NCBI RefSeq assembly: GCF_006345805.1
Contig: NC_043004.1
Span: 16,244,001 to 16,308,000, forward strand
DNA: 64,000 nt
Source: Octopus sinensis
Lineage: Eukaryota
Direction: 5' to 3'
Shown: in pieces, positions 26,916 through 43,407 of the stretch
Numbering within the stretch: position 1 is the first letter of the stretch
Layout of the letters: the number at the start of each line of letters is the position of its first letter
Notes under the pieces: generated by a model
What the model saw: the letters and a program-made list of their open reading frames with translations, nothing else
The model's database searches: none
Told to the model about the DNA's origin: nothing
Translations under genes and position numbers: made by a program

Positions 26916-27559
26916 GCAATTAATTATAAGATATATTAAAATTACCCGAATGTATTACATCCTTTCTTAGACATTAAAATATTTGTAACCATTTAATCAT
27001 GCAGTTGACTGACGCTAATGTAAGACGAGCCAATTTAGCTGTATCACGGTTTGTTTAACGTATGGATATTTATAACGGTAACAACCTTCTTTAGTTTTTA
27101 TGAAATTTAACGAAGAGAAAAATTACAGGTTAATTAAGAAAAGAAAACTGGGATAAATTACATTCTTAATTGTGCAATGCAGTATAAAATCCGCTATATA
27201 TAAATAAACTGGAGGGCGAATGTACTCTTTTGCGAGTTAAAATGTTTAGTACCGCTAGAACTTGTACTACTATACGACCGTGGTCTGTGGAAAGATCTTC
27301 ATCCTCAAGACATGAGTCAGTTCTATATTTCCTTTTCCTATGAAATAGTAAAAGTATATGACGTTGCATTGTCTTTCCCTTATACAATATGGTAAAACTG
27401 ATTTTTATTGAAAAGGGTGTATATATAACATTTGAATTAACAGCTGTATACGCAAGAATTCATACAAACATCGGGTGAACACTTTTAGCTTTGTCCTGAG
27501 TCCTAACTTCGTGCAGACGCTCCTCATATATATGTGTATATACATGTGTGTGTGTGTGA

Positions 27560-27645
<86 letters not shown>

Positions 27646-27703
27646 GCTACAGTCTCTTGAAAATAGCAGTAATGTGATTAATGTGGCAAATACCTAATCA
27701 TAT

Positions 27704-27996
27704 AGCAAGAATTGATACCTACCTCATTGTGTTCAACCATTGATAAATTTATCGTCTGTGAATATGAAATTCCTCTTCATTTCTCTGGAAATTTACATCT
27801 ACACCATTGGAAATTGTGCACCTATACAAAGGATTAATTCACCCTCTCTGTAATGCTAATAAGCAGGAATTGATACCCACCTCGTTGTGATTAACCATGG
27901 ATAAATTTGTCGTCTGTGAGTATGTAATCCCTCCTCATATCTCTGGAAATTCATATGTACACTATGGATTAAGTCACCTTCTCTGTGATGCTATTA
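27704..27996. repeat. Diverged two-unit tandem duplication, period 158 bp
   Basis: AGCARGAATTGATACC..CTCTGGAAATT..CTCTGTRATGCTA at 27704 and 27862. Confidence 0.85.
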
Positions 27997-28442
27997 AAAC
28001 TTTTTTTTAAATCTGTGATAAGACTGTACATCATCTTTAAAGAACTTTAATGAACTTTGGAAATCTGTTTATGTTACTTAATTATCTACATTACTTCATG
28101 AGTATAGCCTCAACCACTAAGATGTCTAGAGAACTCACATGTATTTTAGCTGATGAGTACGGGACACGTTTATATGCTGCAATTTTTGCAACTTTTAATA
28201 AAGCCTGTCTTTGTATGAAACGATTGTACTAAAAACTTATCCATTCTTGTTGCTTCTTTCTCGCGTATATATATATATATATATGCAGACACACACACAC
28301 ATATATATATATATACATATATATACACACACACTTATATAAACATATACATGTATGTATGTAGGTACCTATGTATGTAAGTGCGTATATGCGTGCCTTT
28401 TTGTGTGTGTGTGCGCCGCTTTGGACATAGACCGGCTCTACT

Positions 28443-28496
<54 letters not shown>

Positions 28497-28869
28497 TGTA
28501 TTTATGTATGTATGTTTATTTATTTTGTCTTGAATAGGGTGATAAATCACGTTAGACACATTACTCCATGATTACCTGAACAGAAACACGATACAACTCT
28601 ATTTTAAATAATCACCCGAAGCACCAAAATTCTGTCATGCAATGAATATAGCTGCATTCGAATAACAGTGAGAACTTGTGTTACATTGTGATGGGCAGAA
28701 CTTTGAATAGAATTACATCGAGCAGCGTAAATGTGGACCATGAATCCCAAAAGTAATGCTACACAACGAACAGTAATAAGTTTCCTAAAATAACGCATGT
28801 CGATTATTGATATTGAACGTAACTCACGTCTTTTCATAGCGCATGCACTTCCAACGTTTTATATAGAAT

Positions 28870-29171
28870 GATCAGCGTGACCGACCAGGCTATCAGATGT
28901 TGCTACACATCGCTGGTCACAATGCGCTTCACGTTGTTTTAGCCTTTAAATGACTCCACCCCGCTGGCTAAGCGAGCAGGCCAACAGAAGAAAGAGTGAG
29001 AGAAAGTTGCGGCGAAAGAGCACAGCAGGGCTCGCCACCCCCCCCTGCCGGAGCCTCGTAGAGCTTTAGGTGTTTTCGCTCAATAAACATTTACAACGCC
29101 CGCTCTGGGAATCGAAACCGCGATTCTACGACCGCGAGTCCGCTGACCTAACCAATGGGCCATTGCGCCTC
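28870..29171 (-). mobile_element. tRNA-derived SINE
   Basis: Minus strand GAGGCGCAATGGCCCATTGGTTAG (A box) and GGTTTCGATTCCC (B box); ~300-bp GC-rich body; head resembles the copy at 43408. Confidence 0.8.
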
Positions 29172-30187
29172 AACACCAGCGTTTTATAATGTATATTAAA
29201 TATATTTTTGCTAATAGATTATCACTACATTACTCGCTTATGAATTTACTGTGAAAATGCAAACGTTTGTATCTGGGACAGCCTCCTTCATTCGACTCAC
29301 TATGAATTTCCTGCATCATACTGTATACATGACACGCTCAATTGATAAATCACTATATTATTCCTCCTGGGAACCTTTCAATGCATATAATGCACATTCC
29401 ATAAGAGGTTTTAGAATGTAATTGATTGCAGTCTCATAAATTCATCAATTATTAATGGATCTTTGTCACTTAAGAACCCTGCAGATTTTCTAACATTGAA
29501 AGAATTTAGTAATCCCAATTTGGTGAAGAGTTTCTCACAGAAAAAAACAAAAAGATTTGTGTAAGATAAACAAATAACCTATCGAAATAATTATCTAAGG
29601 GAAGTTATCACTGAGTTGTCAGATTTCGCTTCCTTTGAATTTTCTCTCATTCAACTAGTTCCGCACACAGGAAATTATATGTAATTTTTATATTTTTTTC
29701 CATGGGGTATTCAACTTATTTATTAACATGTAAATTACAAGAATTATTAATTCCGAGAAGGCTGAAATGCTAATGGCCTATTGTCGTTTGTAATTTGCAT
29801 TGGAAGACTTATAAAGCAGTTTGATATTAGTATAATGCGCTCGAAATAGTGATTAGGGTAAAATATTAATATACTATTCGAGAAAATTCAACCGTTGGCA
29901 AATATTGTATAATGTAATCATTGTAAACCATATACGTTTAATTAACTTCTTTATTCTCAGCTTGTTTATGACTTTAAATAATTGCCGACGAAATAATCAT
30001 GCTGAGAAACATAATATTAACTTCATGGCATTTTACGATGTTTTACCATTACAAAAAACAAAACAAAAAAAAAACAATACTGCCAACTTTACAATAGACT
30101 AAAAGGACTGCTATCAGCTTAGAACTTCTGTTTATATTTCGACCTAAAGAAAGAGCAGTAACTATGACACGGACTGGCATTTCAATA

Positions 30188-30590
30188 TTCTTTCCTACTC
30201 TAGGCACAAGGTGCGAAATTTTAGGGGAAGGGGCCAGTCGATTAGATCGACCCCAATAGGCAACTGGTACTTAATTTATCGACCCCGAAAGGATGAAAGG
30301 CAAAAATCGACCTCGGCGGAATTTGAACTCAGAACATAAAGACAGACGAAATATCTATTTCTTTACTACCCACAAGGGGCTGAACACTGAGATGAAAAAC
30401 AAGGACAGACAAACGGATTAAGTCGATTACATCGACCCCAGTGCGTAACTGGTACTTAATTTATCGACCCAGAAAGGATGAAAGGCAAAGTCGATCTCGG
30501 CGGAATTTGAACTCAGAACGTACTGGCAGACGAAATACGGCTACGCAATTCGCCCGGCGTGCTAACGTTTCTACCAGCTCACCGCCTTCT
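30188..30590 (-). mobile_element. tRNA-derived SINE with a duplicated B-box/central module
   Basis: Head GGCGGTGAGCTGGTAGAAACGTTAGC; GAGTTCAAATTCC plus CATCCTTTC..GGGTCGATAAATTAAGTACCAGT occurs twice, with different tails. Confidence 0.82.
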
Positions 30591-30937
30591 GGCCCTTAAA
30601 TATTAAGTAATGCAATGCGGTAATAATTCTGCATGAACATGTCGAGAAAGTAAAAATTGGGGATGAACTAAAAGAAGTCAAAAATAGTCTGGAAAAAAGT
30701 TCAGATGGCATAGTCATTTTAGGAGTAACAAAATGTGAAGCAGAAAAGTGATGGAAATAGACCTGGAAGACGAAGGTAAACAATCATAAGGCATTTATTT
30801 TGTAAGTGATATAATACTAAGAGCTGAGACAGTGCATCAGGGGAAGTGAGCAGTTTGTTGACGGCTGTCCTTTTATCAATCATTCAGCATGTCATACTTT
30901 TGATGTTCCTCTGGATGCAGTGTAGGATGTTTGTACC

Positions 30938-30999
30938 AGTAGTAGTAGTGGTAGTAGTAGTAGTAGTAGCAGTAGTAGTAGTAGTAGTAGTAGTAGTAA

Positions 31000-31046
<47 letters not shown>
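30938..31046. repeat. (GTA)n microsatellite
   Basis: Directly visible. Confidence 0.95.
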
Positions 31047-31047
<1 letters not shown>

Positions 31048-32450
31048 GGCTATAACAGATGTGGGAGTAATAGCCCTTTGTATTTTCGCCCGTGCTGTAG
31101 GGCGTCAGCCTATTCCTTTGGAGTTATAAGTATATGATGGATCTTAAACTACTATGAACAATAATCAGAACTTATGAGCCACCTCTACTGTAACGAGCAG
31201 GAATGTTTTATTTACTTATTCCTCAAGATAATATATAGTAAAACAGAAGCTTTATTTTCTATGTTATGAGTATTGTCAGCTTTGGTCTGTTGAAAGAGAT
31301 TAGATTGAATTGTTCATGAGGGATATTCACGTATATTAAATCTTGACTTAACGGACGATATGAACTTTAACAGTTACTCGTATTTATATTGAAAAGAATC
31401 GCTCATATATATTACAATCTAACTATCCTTAGTGTGTGGGAGAGAAACTAAACAGCACCTTTGCTAGCCTTCTGAGACTGGTCGAAAACCATTATCATGT
31501 ATTTCTAAACTTTTTATTAATATTCAATAATACAATCCACGCATTTTCAATATTCCATTTTTCGAAGCTCAATCGTTTTTCTGGAAAGATGTTATAAGTT
31601 CACTTTCCCAATTGCATTAACCGGTCCAGTGGCACTTAATATTTTATTAATATTGAATCTAATGATTTATTCACAATTATATTATCGAATGTACTTGTGA
31701 ATGAAGATTTATATTTGAAGGCAGCGTATTGATTCTTTTGAATAACTGCGAATTTATTGCGCGCCCTTGGGTGTCTCCACTTGTTCGTACTTCTGTGTCA
31801 AGAAAACCACACAGTCCATAGAGACATAGCGCAGTGGTTCTAAGTTAGGTGTTAGGTAGATTAATAATGGGATCATCTGGATATCCTCATTTCTACAGAA
31901 AAATTTTCAAAAGAAAAAACGTAAGTGAAGGTAGAATATGAGCATAAAATAGGGAAGTTGCATTTCCGTTCGTTAGATATTTGTCAGAAAGCAAATGACA
32001 AATTATTTCAAGGATTTCATTTTTAAATGTCACTATTAATGTATTTTAAAATATGTCACTATATCTCATGTGTATTTTATACAGTTTGCATTGTTACTCG
32101 TTTGTTCGCTATAACCTTGTTTATGTAAGTTGAAATTGATCCTATTTTCTGATGAAATATTTGTGTTACTATGTAAAGAAATTATGTGCACAGTGTTTAT
32201 GCCATTCATAAGACAAGTGACTCATGGAATATTGAACGGAATTGTGCATATACTTTATCATAAAGCTAATACTTTTTCATAAGACAATATAGTATTGTGG
32301 ATTGTCTAAGGAACAGCTATATCTTTATAATATTTGAAATATCCAGACTATCCTTTTATTTCTATTTGTCTCGCTCATAGAATTGTAGCTATGACGGGGA
32401 ACTTCGCTGGGGAGCTCAGTTGAAGAAATCGACATTAGTACTCTAGTGCT

Positions 32451-33437
32451 TACGAGGGGAGCTGAGATGTTTATAGCCTGCGGAAGATGTTTTCAGTCAT
32501 TGAAGACAAGAACTTGTAGCTGGATTTTGCTGGAACATTGTCCTAATGAAACAGGATTCCTTTCGTTAGTCTTCCTACTCGTTCGGGTTGGTAGCCTTAC
32601 TTAACGCCCTCAGGTAGTTGGCATAGTAATCTACATTGGTGTTGTGGCTATTTGAAGATCGTGAATAAAAAAAAAGCATTTTGAATTTTTTAAAATTAGG
32701 CTATCACTTCCCTGCAGATGAAATGACCTTGACCTTCTGCATGGGATGTCTTTTAGTCTCTGTCTCATGTGATGAGCTCAATATTCATCCTAGGTTAGGA
32801 AGCGTTCAAAGAAACAAGCTGGATTTGTCTTACATAATATCATATTTTCCCGTGATGTGATCAGTCTGGTGCGCTTTTGATAAGATGTTAGAAAACGTGA
32901 CAGCCACCGAGCAGAAACATTAATCAAGTCAAGTTCATTGTGCAATATATTGTCAACTCTTTCACGGGATATGTTAAAAGCATTGGCTATTTGATTTACT
33001 GTCAGCCATCTCACATCTGTCATTGTATGGTAAACACAATGTTTTCCTCGGTGCTGGCAATAACAGAATGTTCAAACCGTCGATCATCTTGAAATCTCCC
33101 CCTTTTCCTTCTACATTCAGCTACCCACAATTGCACTGTTGATAAAGCTGGAGCATCATCCACTAACTAGTATGTCTGAATGAATTTCCTTGGATGGGGG
33201 TGGGGTCTAAGCCCCTTTTCTAAAGGTATATGTTAAAACCGCAATGACAATTTTTGTCAGTTTTCAAGAGCGGTCGCTACTAGAAACTTTTGAAGTTTTC
33301 TTGGAATAGTCAGAGACCAGTTTACCTGGAATGAAAAAATACTGTTGTTAAAGTTTGAAAATAATGTATGCATGACTTCACATCTCTAGCATCATTCCTT
33401 CACAATCAGCCTATGAATGTTTCAGCCCACTTCCGTA
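32451..33437 (-). mobile_element. Degraded, internally deleted mariner (Tc1/mariner) transposon
   Basis: ILHNELDLINVSARWLSRFLT (WVPRLLT-like), FLT*DEY, ILFH*DNVPA; degenerate ~30-bp TIRs TACGAGGGGAGCTGAGATGTTTATAGCCTG and rc TACGGAAGTGGGCTGAAACATTCATAGGCTG, each with terminal TA. Confidence 0.8.
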
Positions 33438-33512
33438 AGTTTTTATCCTAGAATTTTTGATCCTGCTTTTTCCTTACCGTTATGTTACGAAAATGAAAAA
33501 AAAACAAACAGA

Positions 33513-34105
<593 letters not shown>

Positions 34106-35339
34106 GAAGAGACTGAATTGTGCATAGACCGGACTATGGTTAGCCCCTCTTCTCCACATGCAGATTCTGAAGCTTGGAATCATATGCGAACACTCTTGCT
34201 GCTTTACGGAGCTTCATGATATTTGAAATAGCATTTATATGTACCTCGATGAGGATTGGGACCACACATCGCTTGTGACTTAAACATACATACATATGTG
34301 TGTGTGTGTGTATGTGTAGTTTTCTTATCTTCCCTTTTTATTATCACGAGTGAAGATTACATGAAATGTCCTTAGTGCCTGCCAATAAAACACTCTTCTC
34401 TAATGATGTTCGACAGCAGTACTCAGTTATATTGCTACGTGACATAAAGCTCGATAGATCAAAGAAGATATATCGAATTATCTTGAATTACGCTTAGAAT
34501 TTCATATTCTATATAAATTGCTGTGTATCATCTGTGTATCGGAATAGTAACATTCTAAATATTAATTGAAATTTATAAATACCGATTCATTAAAGTCATG
34601 ATGCCCTTGCGGGTTACAATCTTATATTGAAGAAGTGAAATCATACAAGAAAATATATTTAAACTGTTTCTATTAAATATCTACAGGTTTAAATTGGAGA
34701 TAATTTCAACAATTACGACATAAATTGAAATACGATAAAGGTATATCAAAATATAATGCACGAGTTTATTAGCTTCGAGTACCAATTATGTTCAATTTGC
34801 AGATATTTATTGACAAATATATTTTAAAAACAAACCCGAAGAAAAATTTGAAAACATTCTCGATGGAAAAATATTTAGGATGAAAACGTGAATAAGTTGA
34901 AGATCATTGATTCAAAGTGACAAACATTGTAAGACAAAACATTTTCTAAATATTAACACAAATTTATTATGACAATATTCATTAAATATTCACTAGATAT
35001 TAAATTATATTGTTTCACACAAGCACACACACACACACATACATACACAAACGCATTCAGATATTATAATTAGATAGCATTAATACACGTGTCATGTTCA
35101 ACAGTACACGAATATAACTCACTGCATTATTTGCAGTATGGTGAATCACTAAAACACCAACTGAGCATAAGAAGTCTATGCCTCTATTACTTATGTTCTA
35201 TACGATCCTTTCCTTTTTACAGGAGACACGACTCACATGCATCTTTACAATAAACACTACGTTAATTTCTTGTGTATGTAAAGAGAAACATTCTCTCAGA
35301 CAACAATATAAAAAAATTGGATATGACGAAAATTAAAAT

Positions 35340-35400
35340 ATAGATAGATAGACATACAGACATACAGACAGAGTGATAGATAGGTAGATAGATAGATAGG

Positions 35401-35488
<88 letters not shown>

Positions 35489-35491
35489 TAT

Positions 35492-35522
<31 letters not shown>

Positions 35523-35530
35523 AACAGATA
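35340..35530. repeat. (TAGA)n/(CAGA)n microsatellite
   Basis: Directly visible. Confidence 0.95.
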
Positions 35531-35827
35531 AAATGAAGAAAAACGTTATCTCTGGTATTATGCAGTGCAGTTTAGTTCGGTAGCTGAAATATCTTTAAAT
35601 TCCAAATTTAGGAGCCAGAACTTACAGGATCTTCCATATGTATATCATTGCATACCTTTCTCACCTTCACTCCAGGCAGTAGAGCATCAGTTCTTGTAGT
35701 CTCTCCCACTAGCTCATGTGCTTCGCCGTGTCAATCTCCTTTGTGAAGTGGCGCTGGCCTCAAGTCCTGCCACCAATTTGAAGCATTATTGCGACCATAG
35801 TTGGGTGCACTAATGCAAACGAATGAG

Positions 35828-35892
<65 letters not shown>

Positions 35893-37543
35893 TTCGCTAG
35901 TGGGTACAATTGGTAACCAATTATATTGAAGGTATTTTACAGTGAAGGGGAGATAAATCTGTAATTTTTATATTGGTCTACATTTGATTCTTACAACATT
36001 TGGGGGTAAATCTTTAATTTTCAATAGAGTTTCTATTTAATTCCTATTGAGAGAGAGAGTTCCCAAATTTAGAAAATTAGTCCTGATATATTGTTAGGTT
36101 GGTAATGATCGAGGCTGCCCTGTTTCCCAGTGCAATACCGGATTTATGTTCAAACAGTATATATTGACTTTTACTTTTATACTGTTAAGAAAAAATACAT
36201 CTTACCTAAATAAATAGATAAATCACATAAATATATGAAATAAATGATATGATAATATTATAATGAAGGTCTAACATGGTAACTTATGACGTAAACACAC
36301 GAGTCTTGTAATATTTACACATCTTTTATCACGTGATACGTATTTTTGATGTAATGGATTCTTGAATAAATAATTATTAGGACTAACTTGAAAGTAAGTT
36401 TAAATGATTAATTATATAACAGGAGCAGTTATTATAATATCATATATTATTAACATAATCATAATATGATATAATATAATATAATAATATATGTATTATT
36501 CTCATGCGTCTTTATATATAATTCTCATGTATTTCTCATGAGTATTGACACATAAACACATGAATTGGTACATGAATAATAGTTATAACTTTAAGATTAT
36601 ATAATTTTTTCTGAAATGATGGTTTGAAATATAACTTTAATATTATATATTTTTATCTCAAACACATTTAGCGTAAACTTTGAATATATGATTTAGTACA
36701 TATGCAAATAATTTTATCGTAAAGCTTATCGTATTTATATAAACAGATTTGCTATAACTTTAAAATTAGTAAATAACCGTTTTTTTAACAAATATATTGA
36801 GTAAATTTCTATTATGATAATATGTTTTGCTGTTCTGTTTTTTGTTGTGTGTGTTTAAGAGCATAAATTTACATGAGCGTATATCTCATTTCTTTTAAAA
36901 TAGAAGTAATAAAAACTTCGTAAATTTTGATATTATTATTTTCCGTACACATGAGTATACAAAATAATAAATAATAATTATGATATAATTTATAGTATTA
37001 TTTAGTGTGGACAATTTGCAGATAAAAAATATTTTTCTAAATTTTTACGTAAGATGTATCTTTTCTTATCAATATATAAGTCAATATTTGCTGTTTCAAC
37101 ATAGATTTATAACGAAATGTTTCTGGTTTGAAATACTAACGCGCAGAAATATACATAAATATACAGACACATATTTTATAACCATTATATTAGTTTTTAT
37201 TCTTATACCCTGTTTTTTTAAAGTAAAGTTATTGAGGCTCACACTTACAAACATTGATTAGTTAATTAGTTAAACATATTGATTAATTAAGTCTGTTTTA
37301 GGATCCCAAGTTTCTAAAATATACTGCTTGTCCTGTTTTGCCCCGATGATATTTTTCTTAAAATATTTCCAAAATATGAATTTCTTATAAATTTGTTATT
37401 GGTTTTGGGCTTGAATCGAAACAATTACAAATATTAATAATATTCATATTTATATTATAATAGTAATATAATAATATGTTAATAAATTACGATGTATCTC
37501 TTTGAACTCTCCATTTTCATCTCACTACATATCTATCTATCTA

Positions 37544-38275
<732 letters not shown>

Positions 38276-38473
38276 TTGTGCTGAGAACATGCCAAATAAT
38301 GAATTATAACATGTATAACATCTCCCCACTTCAATCAGGCACGAACTACATACCATAAAGAAGTAACAATTGAAGATATATACTCATATGCATACGCAAG
38401 CACAAACATGTACGCACTTACACATATATGTAAATATACATACATATGTGTGTGTGCGTGGGTACGTGTATGT

Positions 38474-38510
<37 letters not shown>

Positions 38511-41500
38511 ATGACGGTGAGGAAAACATGTAAATATCAATTATTGGTATCAAAGATTGATTTAAGTTTAGTCCAATTTATTTTACCTTGTCTTATATCA
38601 TAGCTAAATATTTTTCCAAAACGATTTAAACTAATAGCTATCTACCTATCTGTGTTTGTATGTGTTTGAGTATGTTTGTGTGCGTAATGTGCTACTCAAG
38701 GAAATTCTGTTGGAGACTACGAAGCGTCTTTCTGCTAACGTCCAGTTTATTCGCGACATAGAAAAAAGGATCCTAGCACCTGCCTGAGAAATTAGATAGA
38801 ACACATAGCCCTTTGAAATGCCACAAAGGATTTTGTCTATAATTGTCAGAAGTCTAGAAATCCAATGTCTTCATATTGTAATTTCGTTTCTTAATCAATT
38901 GGCTGAAATGCGTTTTGATGTACGCAGGTTTTTAACCCCAAGCGTGAAGACTCGAAATAAATACCGGAACCATTTGAACCGAATTATAGCGATCCTGCTA
39001 ATTTGGCCCCTTGTCTTTGTAATAATTCAAAGGAAAATTATTAAACTAATTTGTATAATTAGAGGGAGACATGGTGATCAAATATTCCGGGATGAATTAT
39101 GTTGAATCAGTCACAGTATTGGATTGTTTATTGGGTGTGGTTCATAATTTAGGAAAAAGAAAATATTTTAAATATTAAAATGCCTGACGTAAAATACAAC
39201 GCCGTAATGACTTCAATAAAGCAACCCCTAATCCTTTTTATAATTACACATAATTTATCCGAGATAACTTTGCGGACAGTAATAAATCGCTTTCTCCGAA
39301 TCCTATGCATTGATATTGCCTTAAACGGTTTGCTCACTACAAACACATATTTTCTATAATGAAAAGGTTACACAGACCACATAAATTTTGCAACAGCTTA
39401 ATAAGTTTGTGGATTCAGGTGAAGCTGATTTCATCCTACCTTGATCTCAGCTCATATTACAGAAATTGCCATGAAATATTACACTTCATGATTTGAATGT
39501 AAAACAGTAAATCGAATTAAACTCGTTGATAATAACGAATCTCGTAACCGAGTCAATGGACTACGTTAGTGCAGAGTGTGATCGTGCACTTAGTGAGGCC
39601 CCATTTTAAATTTCATCTCATGTGGATTCGAAATTTGGATTGATTGCCTTCAGAATGTATCAGGACTGTAATTTAAATATTCTTGTAATCCAAGAAGAAA
39701 ACTTTCCTTTTATCGTTGTCAATGTATTAACAATCAGTGTGTCATACGTTTTAGGTCGCACAAGTTTTTAATATATAGTGAGGTCATTTCAAGGTTTCAT
39801 TAATTAGATCATTTGATCGGAATATTACATATTCCACTGTAGTTTCGATGCATCAGCATTTTTCATAAGCTCTTTTTTATATGAAGATTATAATTAGCTA
39901 CTTCTCTAGTGATAAATTCGAACCAGAGATACTGTATATTAATTTTATACTTGGATATTGTAAGGTTATGTCTCATAAACAAATATAGCTGAATTTTACT
40001 GAGTTACAATTAAATATCTTATATCTCTCTAAGAACGTTTGAGAATATATAACAGCTATATAATCAATGTTGTTTTTGTCGAAATATTTTGTTTTAATAT
40101 ATATAATATATATAACATATATAATATATGCCCGATTATATTCTTGCTACTATGTGTTACTATTATACTTTGCAACTGTTCCATATAAGTTATCTGTTAT
40201 CGCATGGCGTAGTATAACTACTAACGTGATGGATAATATAACGGAAATGAGTATGAGAATATTGTAACTGTGATAGATCTTTAAAAGATTTAATCCCGTA
40301 TGTTCTTTCTTGCTTCACCTTCCTGCATTGTTGCTACTACTATTCAAGCCTAGTCATGTGCCTAGAAATTTAGTGTTTTTGACATTAGGGTTTTAATGTG
40401 CTATTCTGATTCACGTATCTGCATGTGTTAATCTTAAGGGCATCATCCCAGTATCTTCCTGAATTTTAAATGTTATTCTATTTCTAAATGTAAGTTGCAT
40501 TTGCAGAATGACGAGTTTGGTATTTGCGCTCTTTCCTGGTTAACATAGATTCAGCAGAAATGATATTTCCATTGGTTATATCTATGATAGCTCGGGAACA
40601 TAATACTGGTAGTTAAAACTTTGATAATGATAGAAATAATTTCCTGCTGAATTACAAGAAATTTCAAGTTTTTCAGAAAGAACTATTATAAAACAGTAGC
40701 TTTTTGTTTCAGTTATTATATTAGTGTTTTCTTAAATAATATTATAATTTTTTTTTACGGAAAACTACTACTTGCAGTTAATGATATGAAGGACTGAATG
40801 ATTTAGTCCATTCAAATATTGAACTGAGAGATTGGTTTCAATTTGCATTCGATTAGATTGAACGCTTAACATAACTCAAATCCTGTTGTATTAGGTTGGT
40901 CTCTTTTCGAATTGTAATATCTATACAATTTAGTATGATTTTCTTGAATAGGTTTTGTTGATGTTTCTTTGAATTGTTTAATCGGCATTCAGTTTTTAAA
41001 CTTTAAGCATCAAAATCCGTTTGAAGCCTGATGCTTAAATTTGCTTTCTCAGATATTAGGAATCATAATTACATTTTATATAGTGTGACCGTGTTTTGAT
41101 AGCACAAAGCTGAGCAATTATTTTTTGCATATATTTTATGGACTCTAGTCGTAGTTGTGAAACTATAGCATTAATATTTGAGACATGAATAGTGAAGAAG
41201 TTTGACATTTAGCTGCTAATATTTATCTTGCAAATTGAATAAAACACTGATATTTAAATGATGAAAGAACATTATCAAAAATGCACTATTAAGTAGCCCC
41301 AACTGAGAAGCACTATACTGATTCACTTTTGTTTCGGAAATTTTTGACAGACTATCCTCTTCTATTGATTGCTTTAATTAATGTAATTATTTTCTCTGAA
41401 AACTTAAATTAAAATCACCTCCAGCTATTTCATCTGATAACACTTAAGTTATCTCCCTTTTTACAATTGCCTTGCAGTATCACTTTCAATTATACTCAAT

Positions 41501-41854
41501 TAATATTATCAGTTTAATTATTCCTTTTAATAATTCAAATTTTTAACCGTAATTACTATTCGTAACCTAAACGCCTGAACACGCACAGTCCCTTGTTATG
41601 CATGAATTACCCTCCTTTGCGCTTTTCATGTTAAGTTTTGTTCATTGATGACTTAATTTCTGGCGCTTGTCACACATAACTTGCTCAAGCGAATGTGCAA
41701 GCTAACATTGTACGACACCGGTTTTCAAATAATTTTTTCATCAATAATCCACAGCAAGATAGGTTTAACGAGACTGAATCTCTAACATAAGGAAATATAT
41801 GATCACTCAAATAATGTGTGTCGGTATGTGCATGTATACATATATGCATATATG

Positions 41855-41897
<43 letters not shown>

Positions 41898-43407
41898 GAG
41901 TGTGTGTGTACGTGTTTGTGTGTGTGTGTTTGTATGTTGTGAAAATTATAAGAGTAGAAAATTTAGAAAAATTCCATACCAGTGGCTAGCATGCGTAATA
42001 AAACACAACATACTGCATATTTTCATACATAGAATGTAAAGTATTTATACATAAAAGAGGCGATTACGAAAGAATATTATCAAAAACGCACTATTAAGGA
42101 GTCCCAACTGTGCTGCTAACTATATAATTGCCCTTACGCGGTTGAATTGAAAACGTAAATGTATAAGTATGCAGCATACGTGGAATTTCAGTGTGTATTT
42201 GCTATACAGTTATATGTCTTAAGCGATCCCACTGATGAAGAAGAGATGACAAATTGATTTATTTGTGCATTAATACAGAAACTCGAGTTTAGGATTAACT
42301 GAAAAAAATGTTTTTTACATTCTCTTTGGAATTACATTTTTTCGTGCAATTTCAGTCGTTGTTGATTTTATCGGTGGCTGTGTTCTGGTTGTCGTTACTG
42401 TTGTTGATGCAGTTGCTAATATTGCTGTCACTGACTCTGCAGTCACCAGTGTCAACCACTTCCTCAGCTTCACGGAGGAAACTCTCTGTGTTGCATCGAA
42501 ACCCCGCTTCCACTGAGTACTCATTTCAACCCTGTATATAAATCCAACCTTTGCACGTGGTTTAGGGCTGCTCAGTAATGCTTTTCAACGCTAGGCGCAT
42601 AACTGAAGGAGGGACTTAATTAGTGTCTGTTAAACAACCATCCGTATGTGTGACTGTGTGAACTGCTTGTCCACGAATCTAAAGAATATCCTCCCCACGC
42701 AAGTCTTGTCATTGAGCGTAAATGGTAGGGAAAGCCAAACGACTTGCCAATGATTTCCCTTTTAGTGAGTATTAGGACGAGAACATAGATGATGCGGTTT
42801 TTAAACCAACTGGACACCAAAAATCTCATTGCAATAGGATCTGAGGGGGGATCAAGATTTCAATACTTGAGCACAAGATTTGAATCCTTACTCTAAAACC
42901 TTCGTGGGTGAAAAGAGGCTTTGTTAACGAACGACATTACATTGGACCTGGGCACCAGTTCATATTGGTCAAACTAGGAACCAATCGAATATCTGTCCTT
43001 TTAAATGGTATAAGTCGGAGAAAGTCGTGGATAATAGGGTGTAAATATTGAACTAAAAATCCTATGTATGGAAACCATCGAACGCTGCCTCACATTGATG
43101 GATAAATTGAGAAATAAAAGTTCTGAAAGGAATGAAATTCCGGATTTCACCGACAGGAATAGCTTTGAGCTTAGGTGGATGTGTTATGTGTCGAGGTGGA
43201 GATATATAAAAGTTTATAAAAATAAAATCCTTTAGGAAAAACTTAATTCTGACCGCTGAAATAGGTTTTTGCAAATTCAGTTTATTTTAATGATTACAGT
43301 AATTTACCAGGTTGCTTCATATGTACTGAGAATGTGTTGTATGTGCATAGAATAAAGCGTCCCTTGTATGAGTGATTTCTATATATTTGAACCCATTATT
43401 ATATATG

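Noticed and set aside
28148-28180. CTGATGA core (also at ~42232, and CTGACGA at ~55054)
   Set aside because: No correctly placed GAAA with closing stems.
29090-29171. tRNA gene (likewise 43408-43480)
   Set aside because: A and B boxes are present but there is no complete cloverleaf, and the sequence continues into a SINE body.
35650-35830. GC-richer island after a polypyrimidine-CAG, a possible exon
   Set aside because: No recognisable peptide or partner exons; cannot be supported without RNA data.
38780-39420. Possible DNA-transposase remnant
   Set aside because: No catalytic motif or terminal repeats could be identified.
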